Below, in pieces: positions 1 to 8,039 of a DNA stretch of 15,612 nt; the stretch's first letter is position 1, and each line of letters begins with the position of its first letter. A program made the position numbers and the translations under genes. The stretch comes from Archangiaceae bacterium. GTDB lineage: Bacteria > Myxococcota > Myxococcia > Myxococcales > Myxococcaceae. Where the stretch lies: assembly GCA_043750125.1 (NCBI GenBank), contig JAYVCD010000451.1:1-15612 (forward strand), read 5' to 3'. The notes under the pieces are model-generated. The model ran no database searches. It saw nothing but the letters and a program-made list of their open reading frames with translations, and was not told the origin of the DNA.

Positions 1-1
1 G

Positions 2-1333
2 GTTTGGGCCCCGCTCGCCGCCTTGTTCCTCGCGGTGGGCTGTGGCCCAGCCGTCATCCCCAAATGTCAGGCCAGCAATTGCTCGGGGTGCTGCACCGAA
101 GACAACACCTGTTTCGGACTCACCAAGCAGAGCGTCAACGCGTGCGGAAGCCGCGGAATGAAATGCCAGACCTGCCTTCCCCAGCAAGAATGCTCGGGCC
201 TGCGCTGCATCGGGGGCGATGGAGGCGGCGGGGGCACGACGCCGTGCGGTGCGACAGGCGAGAGCTGCTGCGTCGGGTCCGGCACCGGCTGTCTGCTCGG
301 TCTGTTCTGCACCAACAACCTCTGCGGCACCACACCTGCGGACGCAGGAATCGGAGGAGGAACGGGAGCGGGCGGCGGTGGAACCGGGGGAACTGGAGGG
401 ACTGGCACGGGAGGAGGATCCGCAGGAGGCGTGGGCGGTGGAGGGGGCGGGGTCCCCGGCGCCCTGGGAGATCCCTGCGTGGTCAACAGCAACTGCAGCA
501 GCAACTACTGCCAGGCGTTCGGGTTCCAGGACGGCTACTGCACCAAGCCGTGCCTCACCCAGGCGGACTGCACCGTCGGGGCGTGTGGGCGAAATCCGGC
601 CGGGGGCAACGTGTGCTTGAAGGCGTGCGCTGCGGCGGGCCAGGCCCCCGGCGGGTGTCGGGCCGGTTACGTGTGCGAAAAATTTCAAAGCTCGCTCAAC
701 GGCACGCCGGTCTGCTTTCCGGGGTGCACCAACGCGAACTCCTGCGCGGGGGGCGCGCTCACCTGTGACAGCCGCGGGTTCTGCTGCGGGGTCAACGGCT
801 CGGTGTGCTGCAACAACACCACCTGCGACACCGGAGGCACCTGCGATGCGACGACGAAGCTGTGCAAGGTGCTGCCGGCAACCAACCGCCCGGTGGGCGA
901 GGCGTGCACCGCGAACGGGAACTGCGCAGGCAACCTCTGCGTCCCCGAGCTGTCAAACTCGCCTCCGGCCTGCACCCAGCCATGCTTCGCCAACGGCTAT
1001 TGCACCGAGGACTGCACGTCGGCGGTGTGCCCCGCGGGAAGCTCCTGTTCGCTCTACACGTTCTCGGGGGGCGTGAAGCGATGCGTGTCGAACTGCAGCT
1101 GGGACGGAGGACAGGGCGACTGTCGCAATTCGTACATCTGTGACCGGTATACCGTCGTGGGCTCGACCCAGTCGACCTGTTACAAAAAGTGCTTCAACGA
1201 CGCGGGGTGCTCCTCGACCAGCGCGTGTGACGGCACCGGGTTCTGCTGTGGGGGGAAGGGCTTTCGGTGCTGCTCCAGCGGCGCGAAGTGTCCCGGCGGT
1301 GGGGCCTGCAACGTCCTGGATTACTGCCAGTGA
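2..1333 (+). CDS. Cys-rich putative lipoprotein (5'-partial) with Gly-rich linker and two tandem Cys-rich modules
   Basis: Frame is open from position 2 (VWAPLAALFLAVGC), giving a hydrophobic segment and a lipobox-like AVG-C, so the true start is probably upstream of the window. Very high Cys/Gly content. TGA at 1331-1333 overlaps the next GTG start. Confidence 0.85.
   Translation, partial: VWAPLAALFLAVGCGPAVIPKCQASNCSGCCTEDNTCFGLTKQSVNACGSRGMKCQTCLPQQECSGLRCIGGDGGGGGTTPCGATGESCCVGSGTGCLLGLFCTNNLCGTTPADAGIGGGTGAGGGGTGGTGGTGTGGGSAGGVGGGGGGVPGALGDPCVVNSNCSSNYCQAFGFQDGYCTKPCLTQADCTVGACGRNPAGGNVCLKACAAAGQAPGGCRAGYVCEKFQSSLNGTPVCFPGCTNANSCAGGALTCDSRGFCCGVNGSVCCNNTTCDTGGTCDATTKLCKVLPATNRPVGEACTANGNCAGNLCVPELSNSPPACTQPCFANGYCTEDCTSAVCPAGSSCSLYTFSGGVKRCVSNCSWDGGQGDCRNSYICDRYTVVGSTQSTCYKKCFNDAGCSSTSACDGTGFCCGGKGFRCCSSGAKCPGGGACNVLDYCQ
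464..1330 (+). repeat. Protein-level tandem duplication of a ~130-145 aa Cys-rich module
   Basis: Copy 1 (~464-866): LGDPCVVNSNCSSNYC..FQDGYCTKPC..GGCRAGYVC..CDSRGFCCGVNGSVCC. Copy 2 (~893-1330): VGEACTANGNCAGNLC..FANGYCTEDC..GDCRNSYIC..CDGTGFCCGGKGFRCC. Confidence 0.8.
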
Positions 1334-1818
1334 CCGCTCTGAAAACTCTGGGGGCCGAGGCCTCGGACGCAGCCCTGAACGCGCTCGCGCGCCGGGTCAA
1401 GTCGCTGCGCGAGTCGCTGCGGCTGACTCAGGAAGAGTTCTCGAAGCGAATTGGAATCTCGGTTTCCTTCGCTTCGCTGCTCGAGCGGGGTGAGCGCGCT
1501 CCCAGCTACGAGACGCTGGTGGCGGTCGCCAGGGCGCTCGAGGTGCCGCTGGCCGAGCTGTTTCGCGACGGGGTCTCGGCCCAACCGGAAGACCGCTCGC
1601 ACGCGCGGCTGCTCGACTTTGCGCGCAAGGCCCAGCTGACCCGGGCCCAGGTGGATCGCTTCATCGCGGTCGGTCACGCGATGTACGGGCTGGATCACGA
1701 TCCCCGGGCGCGCGCCCGGACTCCGCAGCTGTGCGCGATCGAAGGGTGCGGTCGGGCGGTCTTGGCCCGCGCGCTGTGTGGACCGCACTACCACCAGCAA
1801 CGACGGCGCCGCGCCTGA
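1330..1818 (+). CDS. XRE/Cro-CI family helix-turn-helix transcriptional regulator with C-terminal C-x4-C-x9-C-x2-H finger
   Basis: HTH_3 pattern LARRVKSLRESLRLTQEEFSKRIGISVSFASLLERGERAPSYETLVAVARALEVPLAELF. C-terminal CAIEGCGRAVLARALCGPHY. GTG at 1330 overlaps the upstream stop (GTGA), so it is preferred to the 1267 start. Confidence 0.9.
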   Translation: MTALKTLGAEASDAALNALARRVKSLRESLRLTQEEFSKRIGISVSFASLLERGERAPSYETLVAVARALEVPLAELFRDGVSAQPEDRSHARLLDFARKAQLTRAQVDRFIAVGHAMYGLDHDPRARARTPQLCAIEGCGRAVLARALCGPHYHQQRRRRA

Positions 1819-1822
1819 AGCC

Positions 1823-2437
1823 CTAACTGCGGTCCAGCCTGGAAATCACCTTGCCCAGCCGCTCGAGAATCTTCTCGTCGCTGTCGAGAAACTCGAGCCC
1901 CATTCCCGGCTCGTTGCCGGTGGCGCGGACCCACGCGACGCGCGCGTTGAGGACCATCGAAGTCAAAGAGCCCGGCGGCCGCAGGTGGAGCTCGAGCATC
2001 TGTCCGACTTCGGCCGGCATCCCCGAACGCACGAACGCTCCGCCTTCGGACAAGTCGGCGAGGAACTCACGGCGCGTCACGCCCAGGTGGGTGATGCGAA
2101 TCTTGAGGTCCGTCATCAGCCGAACGGTTCCCCGGGTCGCGTCGAGGTCCAGGTCGGTGCGGGCGAAGGCCAGCAGCCGCTGGCTCGAGTCGTCCAGCGG
2201 GAGGAAGTCTACCCCGTAGCATTCCTTCAGGTTGCGCGAGCCTTTGTGGCGCGCCCAGGCCAGCTGGCCTTTGACGTTGAATTCGCGCTCCGGGCGCTCG
2301 ATTTTGACGCACAGCTCGATCAACTGCCCGAGCGCGCTGGGCACCGGGCCATCGACGGTCAGGCCCCCGAGCTTTCCGTTCGGGTAGAACCGCCGAAGGA
2401 TGTCGACGGGAAAGGCGACGGCGAGGTCCACGCGCAA
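1823..2437 (-). CDS. Tandem PilZ-domain protein (myxobacterial TIGR02266-like)
   Basis: Second domain has RGTVR (RxxxR), DLSEGG (DxSxxG), ARVAWVR and GMGLEFL. First domain is degenerate (GGLTV..GQLAWAR..YGVDFL). Start uncertain: TTG 2437 or GTG 2431 avoid overlap, while ATG 2503 overlaps the upstream gene by 44 nt. Confidence 0.85.
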   Translation of the reverse strand: MRVDLAVAFPVDILRRFYPNGKLGGLTVDGPVPSALGQLIELCVKIERPEREFNVKGQLAWARHKGSRNLKECYGVDFLPLDDSSQRLLAFARTDLDLDATRGTVRLMTDLKIRITHLGVTRREFLADLSEGGAFVRSGMPAEVGQMLELHLRPPGSLTSMVLNARVAWVRATGNEPGMGLEFLDSDEKILERLGKVISRLDRS

Positions 2438-2459
2438 GAAGGGCTCTCTGGCAACCTCT

Positions 2460-4553
2460 TCAGTTGCCCGGTACTGACTCCACGATGAGTGTGTTGTCGA
2501 CATGGGGCTCGCCGGCGATCAACCGGGCATGAAGCTTGGCGTGGCTGGCGAACATTTTTCCGTCGGTGAATACCCCGTCGGCGAAGAAGCCGACGGCACC
2601 GGCGGTGCGAATTGAGGGCATCACCTGCCACGTCGCTCCCCGTTTTGCCAGCTTGAGGTCACCTTTCGTGGCGTCCTGGTAGACAGCGTAAACCGACCCG
2701 GCGGTGGCCCCGAAAATGAGCGACGAATCGGTGCCCACCCAGTCCGACTCGCCCGAGGCGGCCGCGCCTGAGCCGGTGTCGATCGTCTCGGGGGTGACCC
2801 CGGTCTGCAGCTGGGCGGCGTAATAGAACTTGAGCTTCTTGCTGCTGAAGTCGTGGTACGCGATCGCGACGTTCTTCGTCGAAGGGTCGATCTTCACGTC
2901 CGGGAAATAGCCCGTGTCCCCCACGTCATCGAGCTTCACCAGCGGCCCCGGCACACCCGTCGCCGAGATCTTGATTCCGTAGAGGTCGCCGTCCGGGTTG
3001 AAGCGGGTCGCTCCCATCGGCGCGGGGGTGGTGCGCTTCATGAAACCGATGAACGCCTCTTTCCCGTTGAAGGCGATCGAAGAGAAGAGGCCGACCCCGT
3101 CGGTGATGTCGTTGAGCGTCGACGGGTTGTATTTCTTGGCGCACTTCGCCGCGGCGCCGACCGTGACGCAGGTCTCAGTGTTGGCGTCGCAGCCGGTGCA
3201 GGTGGTTGCCGGGGTGTAGCAGTCGGGCCCGATGCCCGGGTCGGCGCAGGTGTCGCTGGCCAGGCAGCTGAGGCAGGGGGGGGGGGGGCGGCTCTGACAG
3301 GCGAGCGTCTTCACCGTCCAGTCGCTGGCGCTCGAGGGCGTCGCGACCTTCGCGTGCGCGTATTTGAGCGCGGTGATGAAGCCCCGGGGGCCGGCCGGCG
3401 TGGGCAGGGGGCAGTCGGCGACGTTGAAGCTGGCCTCGGCGCCGCGCTGGAAATAACTGACGCCGGGCAGGCCGTCCGAGTCGACGGCGATCGATGAATA
3501 CAGGCCGAGCTCGGCGGTGTCCCCGTCGACCTTGTGCGAGGTCCACTGGCCCATTGCGTCTTTCACCGCGACCTTCAAATCTCCATGCGTCACATCGAAG
3601 TAGCTGACGTAGACGAGGCCTGAGTTCCCCGACGCGATGTCGGTGTAGCGGCCCACGTCGTCGCCCGGCTCGATGATTCCCCCCCGCGCTCCTGACGGCC
3701 CGAACTTCACCGCCGCCGCGGGAATGCCGTCGACGTAGTCGAGCCCGACCTTCACCCCGTTCAAGTCGAACCGCGCGACGACCAGGTCTCCGTATTGGCC
3801 ATCGTACTCCGAGACGTAGAGGCCTTTGCCCGCTTCGGCCGCGATCGCCGAGAACCGGCCGAGGTCTTCGGACTTCAAGCCGGGCAGCTCGGCACAGACG
3901 CATTTGACCAGCGGCAGGTTGCAGCTGTCCCAGATGTTCTTCGGGTCCTTGAAGGTGGCGAGGAATCCGGCGTTGCAGGTCATCGGACAGGCGGCCGTCG
4001 GGCGGCCCGTGGGTTGGGTGTAGTCCTGGCAGCGATCGCTGTCGGTGACGCAGCCCTTGCCCGCTTCGCAGGTGCCGCCGCAGGGAAGGTCGGTCAGGCA
4101 CTCGTTCGAGAAGCACGACTGGCCTTCGGGGCAGGCGCCCAGCGCGCCGCACGTCTTGTACTTGCAGCGGCTCGAAGTGCCGTAGACGTCCGAGTACACC
4201 TCGCAGAAGCGATCTCCCTTCTCACCGCAATCCACGTCCGTCTCGCATGAGAGGAACTTGTCGAAGCACTTCTTGCGCTCGGGAGGGCAGGTCTGGCCGG
4301 GGCAGCAATCGGCTTCGGTGACGCACTTGCGGTCTGTAAACACGCAGCACAGGACGCCAGCCTTGTCCTTGGGCGCTCCGCAGGTGAAGTGGTCGCCACA
4401 TTCGGCGCTGTCGACACACGCCTCATCGTGGCCGACCTGTTGTCCCGCGACGCCGCGGCACGTCTGGTCGGTGGGTTTCACCCCGTTGCCATTGCATTTG
4501 CACGCAGAGGTGACCACGCACAGCGACAGGGCCAGCCAGAACTTGGGAGACAT
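2460..4553 (-). CDS. Putative lipoprotein, 697 aa: N-terminal Cys-rich region plus C-terminal 7-repeat beta-propeller-like domain
   Basis: Signal peptide with lipobox-like TSA-C. About 200 aa Cys-rich region, then seven repeats starting DLGRFSAIA, DVGRYTDIA, ELGLYSSIA, GVGLFSSIA, DTGYFPDVK, WVGTDSSLI, AVGFFADGV, several ending in GDL-type strands. Confidence 0.85.
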   Translation of the reverse strand: MSPKFWLALSLCVVTSACKCNGNGVKPTDQTCRGVAGQQVGHDEACVDSAECGDHFTCGAPKDKAGVLCCVFTDRKCVTEADCCPGQTCPPERKKCFDKFLSCETDVDCGEKGDRFCEVYSDVYGTSSRCKYKTCGALGACPEGQSCFSNECLTDLPCGGTCEAGKGCVTDSDRCQDYTQPTGRPTAACPMTCNAGFLATFKDPKNIWDSCNLPLVKCVCAELPGLKSEDLGRFSAIAAEAGKGLYVSEYDGQYGDLVVARFDLNGVKVGLDYVDGIPAAAVKFGPSGARGGIIEPGDDVGRYTDIASGNSGLVYVSYFDVTHGDLKVAVKDAMGQWTSHKVDGDTAELGLYSSIAVDSDGLPGVSYFQRGAEASFNVADCPLPTPAGPRGFITALKYAHAKVATPSSASDWTVKTLACQSRPPPPCLSCLASDTCADPGIGPDCYTPATTCTGCDANTETCVTVGAAAKCAKKYNPSTLNDITDGVGLFSSIAFNGKEAFIGFMKRTTPAPMGATRFNPDGDLYGIKISATGVPGPLVKLDDVGDTGYFPDVKIDPSTKNVAIAYHDFSSKKLKFYYAAQLQTGVTPETIDTGSGAAASGESDWVGTDSSLIFGATAGSVYAVYQDATKGDLKLAKRGATWQVMPSIRTAGAVGFFADGVFTDGKMFASHAKLHARLIAGEPHVDNTLIVESVPGN
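3276..3288. repeat. G13 homopolymer (C13 on the coding strand, encoding R-PPPP)
   Basis: Direct read: aggca-ggggggggggggg-cggc, inside the 2460-4553 CDS. Confidence 0.9.
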
Positions 4554-4561
4554 GTATGCCC

Positions 4562-5095
4562 CTATAGCGCGCCAGCGTCGACTCGGGCGAGACGGTGCTC
4601 CAGCATCGCGGCGGGCTGGGGCAAAGCGGGAGTCTGGCAGCCCTCACCCACTGGAGTCGAGGTGGCCGAGCTCAAGGTGAGGGTGGAAGGCGTACAGGCG
4701 GTCACCCGGGTCTGAAAGCGCGCGGTGCACTCGCGCCCCGAAGGCAGCAGGGTGACGCTCTGGGCGATTCCGACGAAGCCCTCGGCCGTGCGTCGCAGGT
4801 GAACGACCGCGGTGGCCGGACTTCCTGCGTCTGCCACCGTCGCGCCGGCATCCTGTCCGCCCGAATCGAACACCCGGTAGACCCAGGCCGTCACGTCCTT
4901 GCGGTCGTCCTCGAGGTGGTAGCGGAAGGTCGGATCATCCTGGTGTTGCCATTCGCCGCTGAGCACACCGTCACACCCGGCTGGAATCTGAACGATGGGG
5001 GGCGCCGGCGGTGGGGGCGGCCTGGGGGGCGGGGGCACGGCCCGCGGGCAGCCGCACAGACAGACGAGAAGCATCCAGGCGGGCCGCGGGATCAC
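4562..5095 (-). CDS. Hypothetical lipoprotein, 177 aa, with Pro-rich tether
   Basis: GTG start, WMLLVCLCG-C lipobox-like signal, PPPPRPPPPPAPP linker, then a beta-rich domain with four Cys. Ends 8 nt before the next minus-strand gene. Confidence 0.75.
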   Translation of the reverse strand: MIPRPAWMLLVCLCGCPRAVPPPPRPPPPPAPPIVQIPAGCDGVLSGEWQHQDDPTFRYHLEDDRKDVTAWVYRVFDSGGQDAGATVADAGSPATAVVHLRRTAEGFVGIAQSVTLLPSGRECTARFQTRVTACTPSTLTLSSATSTPVGEGCQTPALPQPAAMLEHRLARVDAGAL

Positions 5096-5127
5096 GAGAA
5101 CGGCGAACCTTACTCAACGAATTGCCG

Positions 5128-5136
5128 TGGTACCCT
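5128..5136 (+). promoter_or_regulatory. Possible extended -10 element (TGG-TACCCT) for a leaderless PEGA transcript
   Basis: TGn-TAnnnT ends 6 nt before ATG 5143, and there is no Shine-Dalgarno upstream. Inference only. Confidence 0.3.
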
Positions 5137-5142
5137 TGCCGC

Positions 5143-6090
5143 ATGTCCTGGTCGAAAGTTCTGGTGCTTGCGCTGGGCGCTGTGTTGCTCGGCAGTTCCG
5201 CGTTCGCGCAAGACGACGACGATTTGATGCAGCTGAGCCCGAAGAAGAAGGTGGACCCCAAGGCGAAGCTGAAACCCAAAGCCAAGCCCCGGCCCCCGGT
5301 CGTCAAGCCCCCCCTCAGTTCGACCGACGACGAGCTGGCGCCGCTGACCCCCAGCAAAGCGGATCTGCTGCTGAAGCTGGCGGGGACTGCCATTCCCCGT
5401 CGGACCCGGGTCAGCATCGACGAGCGGGACGTGGGCCCGCTGCCGGTGGCCCCCCAGTCGCTGAGCGTCGGGGACCACACCGTGGCGGTGCGTGCGCCGG
5501 GCTACGCGACGTGGACGAAGAAAATCAGCATCGTCGCCAACAAACCGACCGAGGTGACCGTCGGGTTGGAAGCCACTTCGGCGATCGTGTCCGTCACCAC
5601 CGACGCGCCCGGCGCGCAGGTCGCGATCAACGGCAAATCGGTCGGGCTGTCTCCGCTCGAGGATCTCGAAGTCCTGCCCGGCACCACGACGATTACCGTG
5701 CGCAAAGAGGGCTACCGCGACTCGTCGCAGACCCTGAAGTTGATCCCGGGAAAGGAGTATCCGCTTTCGATCAAGCTCAGCCTGGCCCCCGTAGCCGAAG
5801 TGGCCCCCGACCGACCCGAAGCCCCGAACCTCGTTCCCCCGGCGAACGCAGACTTAGGCCTGGGGACCACCGTCGAACCCTCAGCTCCGGTCTACACCCG
5901 CTGGTACTTCTGGGTCGGAACGGCTGCGGTGATCGCTGCTGTCGCCGCGGGTACCGCCGTCGGAGTCAGCAGCAGCCAGCCCAAGCCGCTGGGCGAAAAG
6001 GCCATCTGCGGCGATAAGGGCTGCGACTCGTGCATCGGCTTCACGTGCATGACCTCGCCCGCGTCCGGAATCGTGCCGTTCAAGTTCTAG
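5143..6090 (+). CDS. PEGA-domain protein, 315 aa, with signal peptide and C-terminal hydrophobic segment
   Basis: Signal MSWSKVLVLALGAVLLGSSAFA-Q. Two PEGA-like repeats (VSIDERDVGPLP..GDHTVAVRAPGY; GAQVAINGKSVGLSP..PGTTTITVRKEGY). Hydrophobic segment PVYTRWYFWVGTAAVIAAVAAGTAVGV. ATG 5143 preferred to 5011, which overlaps the divergent gene. Confidence 0.88.
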   Translation: MSWSKVLVLALGAVLLGSSAFAQDDDDLMQLSPKKKVDPKAKLKPKAKPRPPVVKPPLSSTDDELAPLTPSKADLLLKLAGTAIPRRTRVSIDERDVGPLPVAPQSLSVGDHTVAVRAPGYATWTKKISIVANKPTEVTVGLEATSAIVSVTTDAPGAQVAINGKSVGLSPLEDLEVLPGTTTITVRKEGYRDSSQTLKLIPGKEYPLSIKLSLAPVAEVAPDRPEAPNLVPPANADLGLGTTVEPSAPVYTRWYFWVGTAAVIAAVAAGTAVGVSSSQPKPLGEKAICGDKGCDSCIGFTCMTSPASGIVPFKF

Positions 6091-6102
6091 CGACCGCCTT
6101 GC

Positions 6103-7423
6103 GTCGTCGCCCTGCTCGAAAATCCAAACCTCGCCGAGGTCGCGCTCACCCAGGGGGTGGACCAGGGGTTCGATTCGAACGGCCAGACGGTGCTTGCTGC
6201 AGAGGGCCGCGGTCTCGCTGCTGGAAGCCCAAATGCGGGCCCGCGTCAGCCGGGCGCGGGTCAATCGCGATGACCCCCATGATCCGTACAAGATCTTCCT
6301 CGCCAACGAAGCGGGGCGGCTGATCACCGGGCTGACCGACGAAGACGTGCTGGTCGAATACGACGACGACCTGCGCATCAAGCCGACCGCGCTGGCGCCC
6401 GCCGTTGCAAGCGCGCTCGAACCGCCCGCGCTCAAAGAGGTGACCGACGACCAACCCGAATCCACCGGGATCTTCGAGTTCGAGCAAAACCGATACCGCG
6501 TCAGCTACCGGTTGATCAAAGACACCTGGGGCTGGCGACTGGGAATCGTCGGCCCCGAGGACTACTACCGAAAGAGTTTGCGAGACCGGCAGCGGGCGAT
6601 GCTGTTGCTGATGTCGGCAGCCTTCGCTCTGCTCTTCCTCGGAGGGCCATCGCCGTACGCGTAATGCGCCAGGCGCTCGGTCAGATTCAACACGAGACCC
6701 AGGGGATGAGCCGGTTCAACTTCGCCGCTTCAATCGTGCGCTCGCCGTTCGCAGAAATTCGCCAGACGCTGTTCAGCCTCGAGCAGGCGAAGATCGCGGT
6801 GCGGGCGATGGGAAAGTACGTACCGCTGGCGCTGGTGCGAAAGCTGTTCGAGGAAAACCGCGAGCCGGCCCTGGGCGGAACGCTGCGCGAGGTGACCGTC
6901 TTCTTCTCGGACATCGAGGGCTTCACGTCGCGCGCGGAAGCAGAAGCGCCCGACCGGGTCGCGCAGTGGTTGGGGCTCTACCTCGAGGTGATGGCGACCG
7001 CGGTGCACGCCGAGCACGGAACAGTCGACAAGTTCATCGGCGACGCGGTGATGGCGCTCTGGAATGCTCCGGACGCGATTGAAAATCACGCGGTGCTCAG
7101 CGCCGACGTTCATCACAGCGCGCGCGGGCAGTTCGCGTTTCGCCGCCTCGACCTGGTGGCGGTGAAGGGCAAGTCCCAGGCGATCGCGGTCTATGAGCTG
7201 CTGGGCGAGCGAGATCAGCCTCACGTCATCACTCCCGAAATCGCGCGGTACGAACAGGCGCTCGAGCGGTACGTCGCCGGTGACTTCGAGGGAGCGCGCG
7301 CGCTGCTGGTTGCGAATCTGAAAGATCTTCCCAGCAAGGTCCTGGCAGAACGGTGCGGCGAGCTGCAACGGCACCCCCCCGGTCGGCCCCTGGGAAGGCA
7401 TCTCGTTCGCCCAGTCGAAGTAG
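6103..7423 (+). pseudogene. Degraded membrane-bound class III adenylate/guanylate cyclase (Cache-like sensor, TM, HAMP, cyclase, TPR-like tail)
   Basis: Cyclase motifs VFFSDIEGFT, VDKFIGDAVMALWNAP and VAVKGKSQAIAVYEL are present. Frameshift at ~6644-6646 splits the TM from the HAMP region (FLGG|AIAVRVMRQ). The RIGxHxG..GDxVNxAxR block is absent at ~7098/7099. A frameshift in C7 (7374-7380) hides the native-looking end WEGISFAQSK* (TAG 7421-7423). No start or first TM is found. Confidence 0.85.
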
Positions 7424-7425
7424 CG

Positions 7426-8004
7426 CTACTGGCCGCGCAGCTCGTCGCGCACCGAATCGGCCGAATCGATGACGACGAAGACGTCGGTGCAGCGGCCGAC
7501 TCCGTAGTTGTCGAGCACGGTCGCGCGCAGCTTCCACGGCCCTCTCTCGGGCACCAGCGACGAGAGGTTCACTTCACCCGCCTCGAAGTTAAACGCCTGG
7601 CGGCCGAGCAGGTCGATGCGGTCATTGCCCATGATCAACCCGTCGGTGAACCCGACCGCCGCACGATTGATGACTTTTCCGTCGGCCGTCAGCACCTCGA
7701 GCAGCACCACGTTGTCGAACGAAACGCCGCTGGTGGCCTTGTCATCGCCGAACAAGCGCACCCGCCCGCCGTTGCTCTCGAGCAGCCCGGTTTCTCCGCG
7801 GGCGACGACGTGCGCCTCGCGCGGCTGTTCCTTGGTGTCGAACTCGAGGTCCAGCCGCACCTCGATCAGCTTGGCGGTTTCTTTTTCCGGAGTGTCGTGC
7901 AGCAGCTGCACCGTGCTGGGCACCACCGGGTGCGTCTCGACTCGCTTCACACAGCCGCAGCCCAGCAGAAAGACGCAGAGGAAAGTGCGCATCGAGGCCC
8001 GCAT
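7426..8004 (-). CDS. Hypothetical lipoprotein, 192 aa
   Basis: Strong SD (GAGGAGGG) 8 nt before ATG 8004. Signal MRASMRTFLCVFLLG-C with lipobox. Only this part of the 7426-9219 ORF reads as protein-like. Confidence 0.8.
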   Translation of the reverse strand: MRASMRTFLCVFLLGCGCVKRVETHPVVPSTVQLLHDTPEKETAKLIEVRLDLEFDTKEQPREAHVVARGETGLLESNGGRVRLFGDDKATSGVSFDNVVLLEVLTADGKVINRAAVGFTDGLIMGNDRIDLLGRQAFNFEAGEVNLSSLVPERGPWKLRATVLDNYGVGRCTDVFVVIDSADSVRDELRGQ

Positions 8005-8039
8005 CTTGTCATCCCTCCTCAGTTTCGAACGGTTGGATT

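Noticed and set aside
352-460. G-rich repetitive stretch as a DNA repeat or CRISPR
   Set aside because: It encodes a Gly/Thr linker with varied codons and has no fixed repeat-spacer periodicity.
6164-6180. tRNA T-loop-like GGGTTCGATTC (possible tRNA or att site)
   Set aside because: The flanks do not pair into a T-stem, there is no cloverleaf or CCA, and it reads in frame as part of the cyclase remnant.
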